Virus record (IMG/VR): IMGVR_UViG_3300020433_000009
Coordinates: 1-52,170 of that record
DNA from: a virus
Taxonomy: Duplodnaviria > Caudoviricetes
Length of the DNA stretch: 52,170 nucleotides
Strand: one strand, 5' to 3'
In this document: positions 1-8,895 of the stretch, one piece after another
How the letters are laid out: each line of letters begins with the position of its first letter
Numbering within the stretch: position 1 is the first letter of the stretch
The notes under the pieces: generated by a model
Database searches by the model: none
What the model saw: only the letters and a program-made list of their open reading frames with translations
Told to the model about the DNA's origin: nothing
Made by a program: the position numbers and the translations under genes

Positions 1-56
1 ATTTAAGCACGAACTATAAAAATGCGTTATGGTATATCCCGTATCTATAAGTACGG

Positions 57-479
57 TTAATCCTCTTTCTTTTTACCAATGTTATATTTACTCTCTAATG
101 TCCAGTCTCCTTTCTCTTTATATGCAAGAACTTTGATTTGACTTAGAGGTGCAACATCAGTGATGACTTCTGCAGTAGGTATGGATATTAAGCCCCAATC
201 ACCTAGTAACTGTACTATGCGATTACGACGTTGTACATCATTTGTACTTAGGTTTGCTTTCTTACCATCAAGAGCAAACAACTCTTTGAAATGTACAATA
301 TAATATCTTCCTTGTTTGTGTAGTATATGGCATGATTGATATAACTTCTTCTCCTTGCGAGACGCTACACCAATTCTTGTTAGAGTTTCTCTTACTTTTA
401 AAAAGTCATCTGGTTCTTTAAGACCTACCTCAACCATTTGGTCTGCAGACCACTTGACTTCCTCGGAGATAACACTCAT
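57..479 (-). CDS. regA: Translational repressor RegA
   Basis: DFLKVRETLTRIGVASRKEKKLYQSCHILHKQGRYYIVHFKELFALDG is the RegA signature; follows gp62 as in T4-like phages. Confidence 0.97.
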   Translation of the reverse strand: MSVISEEVKWSADQMVEVGLKEPDDFLKVRETLTRIGVASRKEKKLYQSCHILHKQGRYYIVHFKELFALDGKKANLSTNDVQRRNRIVQLLGDWGLISIPTAEVITDVAPLSQIKVLAYKEKGDWTLESKYNIGKKKED

Positions 480-862
480 TTTCTTCCTCCCATTTCATGT
501 ATTTGTTTTAAGGTTTCAATTTGAGATTTGGTTAGAAGAGATAATGCGACCTTCGCTTTCTCATTACTATATCCATAGTGTTTTTTGACCAGATCCAGAT
601 TATCAATCTGTTCCTTCTTCAACCAAGGAGAGAAACGTTTCCGTTTCCTTAATGTATATAGCAAAAAATTATACTGCATGTCCCTATCAATGTTAGGATG
701 CATGTTCATCTCGTTCGCAAATAAGATACTATCAACAGTACCAGACAAACATCTATTAATGATGTAAGGAGGATAAGAAGATATCGCTGTAGGGTCATCA
801 GCAAGGAGATCTTTCTTACTGAAGTTGATAGAATTAAGCCAGTCCTTAAGTTCAATTTTCAT
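476..862 (-). CDS. gp62: Clamp loader small subunit gp62
   Basis: ELKDWLNSIN...YPPYIINRCLS...RKRKRFSPW...YYGYSNEKA-like motifs; ATG at 862 overlaps the upstream TAA (TAATG), preferred over 868. Confidence 0.93.
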   Translation of the reverse strand: MKIELKDWLNSINFSKKDLLADDPTAISSYPPYIINRCLSGTVDSILFANEMNMHPNIDRDMQYNFLLYTLRKRKRFSPWLKKEQIDNLDLVKKHYGYSNEKAKVALSLLTKSQIETLKQIHEMGGRK

Positions 863-1071
863 TACCACACTCTTATAGGACCACGCACACCTGTACCATG
901 TTGATTGACCTCATAGATCATAGTTCTACCATCTTTTGTTTGGCAGTGGATCTCTCCTCCATTGATCACAGCGGTCTGTATGTTGCTACCGAACGTAGAG
1001 TATGCACCTCTACGAGTATGATATAATTGTGCACTACCTGATGGGAGTACACGAACCCCTAAACTTCCCAT
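862..1071 (-). CDS. Hypothetical protein (69 aa, beta-rich)
   Basis: Fills the gap between the methylase and gp62; its stop overlaps the gp62 start. Confidence 0.7.
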   Translation of the reverse strand: MGSLGVRVLPSGSAQLYHTRRGAYSTFGSNIQTAVINGGEIHCQTKDGRTMIYEVNQHGTGVRGPIRVW

Positions 1072-1885
1072 AATTTGTTAATACTAATTCACGACGTTCA
1101 TGTTGATCCGACATGTAAGAACCTGTGGATCTCATTGTATAAGTATGATCAAAGTCATACTGGCACCACTCTAGAAATCTCATAACGATATCAGGGTGGT
1201 TATTATATGATATCATAACATTGCATAATTGCTCGTCCATGATATCTGCAAATTTTGCATGGTCAAAACCTTTATGCAAATCACCTTTGTGACCATAGAG
1301 TGCATCTTTAATATCATATGGTGGATCTGCATAGATAAACGTTAGCGTCTCATCGGAGACAAGTTCTTCGTATGACAGATTAGTGATTTTCCATCTTTGG
1401 ATGAGTTCACTATACTCTGGCAAGCGTTCGATCCCCCGATGGGAAAAGTTTGAATTACTTGCTGATTTTGAGAATGAACTGCTCTCAGTAAGACCAGAGA
1501 AAGAACACTTGTTAATGATATAAAAATCAACTGCTCTATCTTCTTGACTTCTTGAACTGTCATTCAAGTTTTCCTTTGATTGTAAAAATAATTCTCTTGC
1601 AGTATCTTCATCAGGATGAAAGTTCTTTGCCTTCATGAGTTCACTGTGAAGATAGTCACCATTGTCTCTTAACTGAACCCAAAAATTATGCAACGGTTCA
1701 TACAAATCATTTACCCAAATGGGTACCTCCTCAGGTAATCGTCTAGTCATTTCTATGGCCATGCTACCACCGCCTAGAAAAGGTTCACGATACTCTGTAA
1801 TCTCTCGACTAGGTAACCATTGCAATAACTTTGGAACTGCCCTAGACTTGCCACCAGGATACCTTAAAGGAGTTTTAAGTTTCAT
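1034..1885 (-). CDS. dam: DNA adenine methyltransferase (Dam/D12 class)
   Basis: LRYPGGKS, EPFLGGGS (SAM-binding motif I), YADPPY (catalytic motif IV). Confidence 0.92.
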   Translation of the reverse strand: MKLKTPLRYPGGKSRAVPKLLQWLPSREITEYREPFLGGGSMAIEMTRRLPEEVPIWVNDLYEPLHNFWVQLRDNGDYLHSELMKAKNFHPDEDTARELFLQSKENLNDSSRSQEDRAVDFYIINKCSFSGLTESSSFSKSASNSNFSHRGIERLPEYSELIQRWKITNLSYEELVSDETLTFIYADPPYDIKDALYGHKGDLHKGFDHAKFADIMDEQLCNVMISYNNHPDIVMRFLEWCQYDFDHTYTMRSTGSYMSDQHERRELVLTNYGKFRGSCTPIR

Positions 1886-2064
1886 TCTTCAACACAATCC
1901 AATTCTTGTATAGAATCTACTGGCACTTCATTACCACCGATATTATACCAGTGTTGTGGTATACCAATACTATCTTTTCTAACACCTAAGTATGAGAGAT
2001 CACTAAACGAATGTTCACGCAACATTGCCTGTAATCTCCAGTGTATTAATTCAGACTTTTTCAT
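1882..2064 (-). CDS. Hypothetical protein (60 aa)
   Basis: 4-bp overlaps with both neighbours. Confidence 0.75.
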   Translation of the reverse strand: MKKSELIHWRLQAMLREHSFSDLSYLGVRKDSIGIPQHWYNIGGNEVPVDSIQELDCVEE

Positions 2065-2342
2065 TTAACCACCATGTCCTCTTGAAAATAATCTGTTGGA
2101 GGTGGAACTAAAGGTAAGTACCTACCTCTAGGTTCTACTGGAACTGTTAATACTTCTACCAGTAGATTGATATCAGCAGAAATAACTTCATTGGACTCTG
2201 CCATTCTACGATATCCTGTACCTACAAGGATTTGTCCTGTTACAACAGCAATAGTTGCAGCACCCCAGAACATATAATAAAATCTAGATTTCATTTGTGC
2301 TCTGATCTTGTCACGTTTACTCATTAGTTTAGTCATAATCAT
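2061..2342 (-). CDS. Hypothetical membrane protein (one TM helix)
   Basis: Basic N-terminus then hydrophobic FYYMFWGAATIAVVTGQILVG; 4-bp overlaps on both sides. Confidence 0.75.
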   Translation of the reverse strand: MIMTKLMSKRDKIRAQMKSRFYYMFWGAATIAVVTGQILVGTGYRRMAESNEVISADINLLVEVLTVPVEPRGRYLPLVPPPTDYFQEDMVVK

Positions 2343-3283
2343 TTGAATTCACACTCTACCATGATTTCGGTAAGAGCTGCTAGTAAATTAATTTCTTGGT
2401 CAGCAACAAATGCTGATTGGTATTGATATTTAGCGATGATCAAAACCGCTTGAGGTATACTACTAGGAAGTAAAGAAGTATACAAATTATCATATACAGT
2501 TCTTAGTATAGCATTAGGATCATTGTCAAGATTAGACACAATCCATTTACGAACAATAGAGAATTCTTTGTTCTTTAATGCAGATACCAACTCACCAAGT
2601 TTTACCTGATTTAATACCGCCAGAATGCCAGTGTCGATAGACCCCGTGGCAGCGTACCTTTGGAGTTCGTTGAGTGTTCTTCTGAAGTCTGGGAAATATT
2701 TCTGGACGACTTCAGCGACGACCGCATCAACAAATTGTACATCTTCTGCAGTAAGTATCCCACGACACCGTTCAAAGAACTGAGCCGCAATCTCTTGTTT
2801 TTGTTTTCCTCTGACATTGCAATCAATAACAGTTGTTCTAGAATGTAATGGTTCAATAATTTTGTTCTTAAAATTACAGGTAAATATAAACCTACAATTC
2901 TTTTGAAACTCTTCTATTGAAGCACGTAATAATAACTGCACATCATGTGTAGTGTTATCTGCTTCGTCTATGATGATGACCTTATGTTTTGATGATGAGG
3001 TCAACGATACAGTAGATGCAAATTGTTTAGCACTGTTGCGTACAGTATCTAGAAAACGACCCTCATCTGATCCATTGATCACATAAGAATCAACTCCTAG
3101 TTCATGACATAAAGCTTTTGCAACTGTGGTCTTACCTATGCCAGCACTACCACATAAAAGAAGATTAGGTACTTCTCCATTCTTAACAAAAGATTTGAAT
3201 GTATTCTTGATGTCGGATGGAAGAATACAATGCTCAATATTTTTGGGACGATACTTTTCGACCCAAAGAAAATCATCCTTCAT
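2339..3283 (-). CDS. gp44: Clamp loader large subunit gp44
   Basis: LWVEKYRP, Walker A GSAGIGKTT, Walker B IIIDEAD, SRT motif. Confidence 0.97.
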   Translation of the reverse strand: MKDDFLWVEKYRPKNIEHCILPSDIKNTFKSFVKNGEVPNLLLCGSAGIGKTTVAKALCHELGVDSYVINGSDEGRFLDTVRNSAKQFASTVSLTSSSKHKVIIIDEADNTTHDVQLLLRASIEEFQKNCRFIFTCNFKNKIIEPLHSRTTVIDCNVRGKQKQEIAAQFFERCRGILTAEDVQFVDAVVAEVVQKYFPDFRRTLNELQRYAATGSIDTGILAVLNQVKLGELVSALKNKEFSIVRKWIVSNLDNDPNAILRTVYDNLYTSLLPSSIPQAVLIIAKYQYQSAFVADQEINLLAALTEIMVECEFK

Positions 3284-3941
3284 ACTTACTATCAGGTTCT
3301 AGTGCGATAAGATACTCAAGGTCTTTGTTTGCATCCCTAAAGAGAGACGCATTCTGTTTACTAATAGTAACCTCATAATCACCAGGTAACAACTTAAGGT
3401 TCTCAACCTTAAAGTTGAAACAAAACTCTTTGTCGGTAATCCCTACATTGACAGCGTAGGTATTAGATGTATCGTTCTTCTTGTCACGTACAACAAGTTT
3501 AACACTAGAACCATCACCAACTACTGCTAGATCTTCTATCTGATAGATTGATGCAGCTTTGATAACGTTAGATATATCTGCCCATGCTACTGTAAAACAT
3601 ACATCCTTACTAGGAAGCTCTACTCTATTCTCAGGTGGAGTAGTTATGGTAGATGGATCTGCAAAGAAATACCTTGAAGAATTCTTTTTGTCTTTGATGA
3701 TGACGTAGTTATCATTCTCAAAATTGAACTCAGGATCTTCAAATAAAGTAAGTCCAGATAAGAACTCACTCAAATCATAAATTGCAAAATTCTTTGGGAA
3801 CTTCTCCTCTACATTTGCACGAGACAATATGTTTTTTTGAATGGATAGAGTTGATAACTCTGTGCCTTCTTTAAAACAAATTGACTGGTTGATATTAGAG
3901 AAGTTTTTTAGAATGTCAAGTGTTCCTTTTGATAGTTTCAT
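3273..3941 (-). CDS. gp45: Sliding clamp gp45
   Basis: MKLSKGTLDILKNFSNINQSI...FAIYDLSEFL...YLIALEPDS; immediately upstream of gp44. Confidence 0.96.
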   Translation of the reverse strand: MKLSKGTLDILKNFSNINQSICFKEGTELSTLSIQKNILSRANVEEKFPKNFAIYDLSEFLSGLTLFEDPEFNFENDNYVIIKDKKNSSRYFFADPSTITTPPENRVELPSKDVCFTVAWADISNVIKAASIYQIEDLAVVGDGSSVKLVVRDKKNDTSNTYAVNVGITDKEFCFNFKVENLKLLPGDYEVTISKQNASLFRDANKDLEYLIALEPDSKYEG

Positions 3942-4390
3942 TTACTAAAATAATATAATAGTACACAATAGTGCACCGCTTTAAGAATGTCATCTTGGGG
4001 ACGACCTTTTTTATTGTACCTACTCAGGTACTTAATTGCATTAGATCTACAGAATGCTTCTGCGTCACCAATACTTTCTATCAGATCAAGTGTCTGAAAT
4101 TTGCCATTGGAATAATGCTGAGAGTATGTACTTTGAATGTACTTCTTTGCCAGTTCTAATGTTTGGTCTTCATCATACTTGCAAACAACATCACTGTCAA
4201 CTGTGAAATCTATGTTACCCGAAGGAGCATAATACTCATAGGGATCTACATCTTCTCTCAAAGGGTAGTCATCCATTTCACGGATTTCATCCTCTGCAGT
4301 CCATCTTCCTTTTGTCTTGTCCATAATTGGATATTCCTCGTCTAGGGTTCCATCCAAGATAGAACCCGCTAAACTCCATGCATTAATCAT
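3938..4390 (-). CDS. DUF3310-like protein (T7 gp1.7 nucleotide-kinase-like C-terminal domain)
   Basis: HYSNGKFQTLDLIESIGDAEAFCRSNAIKYLSRYNKKG..DDILKAVHY; ATG at 4390 (MINAWSLA) directly after the cobS stop, preferred over 4522. Confidence 0.7.
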   Translation of the reverse strand: MINAWSLAGSILDGTLDEEYPIMDKTKGRWTAEDEIREMDDYPLREDVDPYEYYAPSGNIDFTVDSDVVCKYDEDQTLELAKKYIQSTYSQHYSNGKFQTLDLIESIGDAEAFCRSNAIKYLSRYNKKGRPQDDILKAVHYCVLLYYFSK

Positions 4391-4391
4391 A

Positions 4392-5465
4392 TCAAACTTC
4401 TTTGTCAAAGTCAACATCAGCATCCACCTTGTCATATAACTCTTGGAATGCTTGCTTTGTCTCTTCGTCAAAACGTGAGATACATGTGGTGATTGCCTTA
4501 GCACGATTGCCGAAGATCTCATATGCTTTTACGATGTGCACAAGTCTACGAGTAGAGATGATCTCATCAATACCACCATCAAAGAATGTCTTACGGATGA
4601 TGTCTGCCCAGTCAACAAGTTTGTTGTTGAACTCTTTGTCCTCACCATTCAATGCATCAAGTATTTTGATCTCACTAGCAGGTGTAGGATACTGCTGTTC
4701 AAATGTTACTGGGAACCTTTCTAGGAATGCTTCGTTAAGAACGTTAGTACCTACAAATCTACCATCTTCAGAACCTTTACCTTTTGTGTTAGCAGTTGCA
4801 ACAACTGTAAAGCCTTTAGCAGGTTGTATGAACTTACCGATCTTTTTGAGGAAGACACCTTTGCCTTCTAGTATAGATTGTAGACATAAGATCTTGTTAG
4901 ATGCTAGGTCAATCTCATCAAGTAATAGAACTGCACCTCTTTGAAGTGCTTCTACTACAGGACCGTTGTGCCATACTGTGTTGCCATCGACAAGACGGAA
5001 ACCACCGATAAGATCATCTTCGTCTGTCTCGATAGAAATGTTTACTCTGATGAGTTCTCTGTTTGCCTGAGCACATGCTTGTTCTACAGAGAAGGTCTTA
5101 CCGTTACCAGATAAACCTGTGATGAACATAGGATAGAAGATCTTTGAAGATATGATCTTTTTAACATCAGTAAAGTTACCGAACTTTATGAAGGTCTGAT
5201 CTATTTGTGGAATTAAATTCTGATCTACAGAAGGGAGAACAGTAGGAGCTGCAAGTGCCTTTTCAAGTATCTCTCTACCTTCTGATACTGTGAGGTTCCA
5301 TGAACCTTTCTTAACTTGGAATGCTTTTAACTTACGTGCAACTGTTGGATATGCACAACCTACTTTAGTTGCAAATTTTCTTACGTGAGAAGCATCAATC
5401 TCGTTGCCAAATGCATCACGTAGTTCATCAACGAAGTTGACGGATAGTTTTCTCTCGAAAGGCAT
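4392..5465 (-). CDS. cobS: MoxR/CobS-like AAA+ ATPase
   Basis: Walker A GLSGNGKT, Walker B LLLDEID, ATANTKG, NEAFLERF, ISTRRL; likely start MPFERK at 5465. Confidence 0.9.
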   Translation of the reverse strand: MPFERKLSVNFVDELRDAFGNEIDASHVRKFATKVGCAYPTVARKLKAFQVKKGSWNLTVSEGREILEKALAAPTVLPSVDQNLIPQIDQTFIKFGNFTDVKKIISSKIFYPMFITGLSGNGKTFSVEQACAQANRELIRVNISIETDEDDLIGGFRLVDGNTVWHNGPVVEALQRGAVLLLDEIDLASNKILCLQSILEGKGVFLKKIGKFIQPAKGFTVVATANTKGKGSEDGRFVGTNVLNEAFLERFPVTFEQQYPTPASEIKILDALNGEDKEFNNKLVDWADIIRKTFFDGGIDEIISTRRLVHIVKAYEIFGNRAKAITTCISRFDEETKQAFQELYDKVDADVDFDKEV

Positions 5466-5494
5466 AATAAAAAAATCAATTTGTGTATGTATTA

Positions 5495-5540
5495 ATAATA
5501 TCAAAAAAATACCCCCTGTGAAGGGGGTGTGTGCCACTAA
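5495..5540 (-). terminator. Intrinsic terminator overlapping a putative early promoter for cobS
   Basis: Minus strand ACCCCCT-TCAC-AGGGGGT followed by ATTTTTTT; TTCACA(5517-5522)-N16-TATTAT(5495-5500) overlaps it. Confidence 0.65.
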
Positions 5541-5549
5541 TTTAATTGG

Positions 5550-6611
5550 TTAGTGTCTTATAAATTTACCTTCCTCAACACCTTCTGAGACTTCTTGTGC
5601 TAGGTAAGCATGCTCACAGTTTGGGTGCTCCCATGGGAGACATCCGTTAGATACAAAGTAGTGAAATAGTTTCCTACAGTCTATACCTAACCTGTTAAAG
5701 TACACGTTGTGTACCTTGTTTCTTTTAGTAGATAAGTCCTCAACTTTTGATGGAAGACCAACAGAAGCTTGTATGTTAAGGTGCTTATCTATAGGAACGT
5801 TTGCAGCCTGACTGAGAAGTGGATTAGTTCTTGAATTCCAGTTTTCCATGTTTACATAATAGTTGTAACCATGATCTGCTGAATTGTTCATGACCTCATC
5901 AACGTATTCATCAGTTGATCTAGCAACAAAATCAGCGAAAGTCTTATCGTTATGAGATGAATAACGATTAGGTTTTACTGATACGTTCTTTTGACTAACA
6001 ATCCAACTCATCATCTCTTTTACAATCGTACCTTGTACAGTTGCAGTTAATGAGTTGTTTGCTATGAGTGCAACTTCAGTCTCAATCTCAGTTTGAGTTG
6101 TTAGTTTGCCCTCAGCAATGCCAAACTTAATGTGCTCTATAACTTCATCTTTGTTGTTTAACTTAGAGTGGAATACTCTTTCGTTGTTAAGAGTTTTGGC
6201 AAATCTTTTACGTGCCCATCCATCTGCACACCTGACGTAGACAAACATCCAACCAGGTATGGATAAGATCGCACAGGCATCATGCCTATGTCCACCAGTG
6301 ATGATATCACCAGTGTCTATGTCAATGTAAACTGGAGGGCAAGAACTATCAACACCATTCTGTTGAATGTCTTCCTTCAGTAAGTTGACTTGTACATCAT
6401 TAGTTCCGTATACACGTCCAATGTTGTTTTGTTTTTTAACTGTTGCCCAAAGACCATACTTAGTTTCGATAATCTCGATACCGTCTATGGCTTTGTCACT
6501 AACAGGGAATGTCCAGACACTAGGGTCGAACAATCTTTCATCGAAGTATTCATTTGCATATTGCGATGGAGCATATGTGCAATTGAATGCCTTCTCTAGC
6601 GTTTTTGTCAT
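5550..6611 (-). CDS. ParB/sulfiredoxin-like N-terminal domain protein
   Basis: LKEDIQQNGV..PPVYID..GDIITGGHRHDA resembles the ParB-N core (GxHR); C-terminal half unrecognised. Confidence 0.6.
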   Translation of the reverse strand: MTKTLEKAFNCTYAPSQYANEYFDERLFDPSVWTFPVSDKAIDGIEIIETKYGLWATVKKQNNIGRVYGTNDVQVNLLKEDIQQNGVDSSCPPVYIDIDTGDIITGGHRHDACAILSIPGWMFVYVRCADGWARKRFAKTLNNERVFHSKLNNKDEVIEHIKFGIAEGKLTTQTEIETEVALIANNSLTATVQGTIVKEMMSWIVSQKNVSVKPNRYSSHNDKTFADFVARSTDEYVDEVMNNSADHGYNYYVNMENWNSRTNPLLSQAANVPIDKHLNIQASVGLPSKVEDLSTKRNKVHNVYFNRLGIDCRKLFHYFVSNGCLPWEHPNCEHAYLAQEVSEGVEEGKFIRH

Positions 6612-6657
6612 AAGTTTTTTTCCACCCGAAGATGGTCAAATAATAGTGAACCTTATA

Positions 6658-6685
6658 AGCATAGCATAAAAGAGAATAGTGTCAA
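6658..6685 (-). promoter_or_regulatory. Sigma70-type early promoter of the ParB-like gene
   Basis: TTGACA(6680-6685)-N16-TATGCT(6658-6663) with extended TGn; cUUCGg hairpin in the leader at 6622-6635. Confidence 0.65.
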
Positions 6686-8877
6686 GCTATTCTCTCAATG
6701 AATGATGTTAGGATCTTTTTGTTCATCTTCTTACCACCTAGAGACTTGACGAATGCTCTCTTGATTTGTGCCTTGGTTGCATCCTCTGCAACTTCAAACT
6801 CAGTATCATTGTCAAGTGCCTTAGAGTTTAAAGCATACTGTACAGTGTATGCACTTGATGTGCAGATGAATGATTTAGTCTTCTTCCAGATAGCATCTGC
6901 AGCTGCAACCTTCTCCTCATCATAACCTAAGCATCCACGCTTAAATCTGTACCAGTCATTGCCACTTATAAGACGGATGTTCATGAACTCACACTGAGGA
7001 AAACGATCACGTAATTGATAGATGAATGTATCTGTCTGATTATACTGATCATTAGTAAACTGGTATACATTACTAGTTTTGCGATCACGTAGGTAGACAT
7101 TGCTCTTGATGTTTGCTCTGGTGATCATTGTACCTTCCTCACGGTATCTGTTTACTTCTCTACCATAAGGAATAGGATAACCCTCACCATCAGTTAGATT
7201 GATAAGATGCATTTTCTGAACACCAGTTCTCTTTTGAAACTCAGGAAGAATGTGGTTCATAGAAATCATCGCTTCATTTAGAGGAGTGCCACCCATGCCT
7301 AGTTGACGAGGAAAACCACAACTATCATAACTTCTCATAGCAGATGCTAAACGGAATAAGTTGTGCATTTGTTTGTCATGTTTACGGTTGTTGCAACCAC
7401 TACTTAGTATGTTGACCATGCTAAAGTTTTTAAGAATAAGTTTATTCTTATGCTCAAACTTTTCTTCAATGTCATACTTTTCTCTTTCGTAAGAATAACT
7501 ATCTGAGAAAAGATATACATCATAAGCAATACCAACTTTACGACAGAATGTGACTAGAGTAAATAGTTGCTTCATAGTATCTTTGATGATGTTACCCATA
7601 GAACCAGACCAGTCAACATTGAAAACTAGACCATGACTTTTACCATCAGGTATAGTAGTTACCTTTCTGAATAGATCTTCATTGTATTTGTATGTGTGAA
7701 GTTTAGATGTGTCTAGAACTCCAGTACGACTTACAGTAGCACGTGCATAACCATCTGCAGCTTTCTTCATCTCGAACTCTTTTACAAGATAGTTAACTTC
7801 TTTCTGCATAGAGATCTTGAACTTGTTGTACTCAGCATCTGTAGTCTGTAATGCATTAAGGTAATACTTTTGCATTTGTAATTCATAGTCATCACCAACA
7901 CCTGATGGGTTTTGTATTTTTGTATAGTGCTCATCTAATAATTTGCTGACCTCATCATTACTAATGATAACGTTAGCATTGATAGACTTAGGTAACTCAA
8001 CATAAACATTCTCCTCACCTTCAAGTCTAACTAACTCACGTAGTGCACTCTCAAGATCATCAGCAGTTCTTACTTGAGGTGTATTAGGCATAGTCTCATT
8101 TGCTTCGTTACGACCTGCCTGAGTACCAGTTGTTTCTGTCTGCTCACCTTGACTATGTGTTTGATCATCATAATCTAGACCGTCATCTTCTATTTGATCT
8201 TCTGAGTTACCTTCTTGTGATTGCTCATCATCAAATAAAGGATGCTGTCCCTCTGCACCATCACCTTTCTCACTACGACCCTCACTTAGATCTTCAAAAG
8301 GATTGTTTCCATCAAGAAGATCTTCTTTCTTCTGTTGCTCTAGTTCTACCTTAGCATGTGCTAGTAATTTTCTAGCAAGTGCAAGTGTATCTTCAAATGT
8401 GTCTAGTTGTCTTGCTTCTTCTGTAAATACTTTTTCATCATCACTGAAAGGAACATCAACATAGTTACCAATCTTCCACCATAGATTTAATCTATCTGCA
8501 ATATTGAACTGAGATATATCTTCACCCTCAATCTTGAAGAAGTCCTCGTCAGAGAGGATCTGATAACCCTTGTAGAAAGTTTTTGAAAGGCCAGCATATC
8601 TACGCTTCATGTGCATCTCAATGCGAATGTCCTCAACAACATTGACAAACTGCATTGGAATTTCTTTGATGAAGTCCCACTGGTTAGGAGTATATAATGC
8701 ATGACCAACCTCGTGTGCAATCAATGCATCTACAACAGCATTCTCTTTGTGTGACCATGTTGGTAGAGTTAGAACTCTAGTATCAACATTAAATTGTGCT
8801 GTGCTGACTTGACGATGCTCTACAATCAAGTCTTCTTGAGCAAGTAGTTTAGCAAGTGATTCTTTGACGATGTTCAT
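6682..8877 (-). CDS. HEXXH metallopeptidase-like / VWA protein (CobT-like partner of the MoxR AAA)
   Basis: AHEVGHALYT..NVVEDIRIE; acidic linker; MIDAS DWSGSM, GGTPL, LTDGEG. Confidence 0.85.
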   Translation of the reverse strand: MNIVKESLAKLLAQEDLIVEHRQVSTAQFNVDTRVLTLPTWSHKENAVVDALIAHEVGHALYTPNQWDFIKEIPMQFVNVVEDIRIEMHMKRRYAGLSKTFYKGYQILSDEDFFKIEGEDISQFNIADRLNLWWKIGNYVDVPFSDDEKVFTEEARQLDTFEDTLALARKLLAHAKVELEQQKKEDLLDGNNPFEDLSEGRSEKGDGAEGQHPLFDDEQSQEGNSEDQIEDDGLDYDDQTHSQGEQTETTGTQAGRNEANETMPNTPQVRTADDLESALRELVRLEGEENVYVELPKSINANVIISNDEVSKLLDEHYTKIQNPSGVGDDYELQMQKYYLNALQTTDAEYNKFKISMQKEVNYLVKEFEMKKAADGYARATVSRTGVLDTSKLHTYKYNEDLFRKVTTIPDGKSHGLVFNVDWSGSMGNIIKDTMKQLFTLVTFCRKVGIAYDVYLFSDSYSYEREKYDIEEKFEHKNKLILKNFSMVNILSSGCNNRKHDKQMHNLFRLASAMRSYDSCGFPRQLGMGGTPLNEAMISMNHILPEFQKRTGVQKMHLINLTDGEGYPIPYGREVNRYREEGTMITRANIKSNVYLRDRKTSNVYQFTNDQYNQTDTFIYQLRDRFPQCEFMNIRLISGNDWYRFKRGCLGYDEEKVAAADAIWKKTKSFICTSSAYTVQYALNSKALDNDTEFEVAEDATKAQIKRAFVKSLGGKKMNKKILTSFIERIA

Positions 8878-8895
8878 AGGTCTTTGTGTCTTATA

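Noticed and set aside
4391-4522. N-terminal extension of ORF 3938-4522, and of cobS to 5537
   Set aside because: These extensions overlap the neighbouring gene or the terminator; the downstream ATGs at 4390 and 5465 fit better
4402-4944. 180-aa plus-strand ORF, and similar ones at 9532, 20912, 21559, 30974 and 47653
   Set aside because: Ser-rich antisense shadows of conserved minus-strand genes, with no motifs or ribosome-binding sites
4392-5465. Cobalamin biosynthesis role for cobS
   Set aside because: No cobN or other cob genes in the window; the partner is an HEXXH-VWA protein
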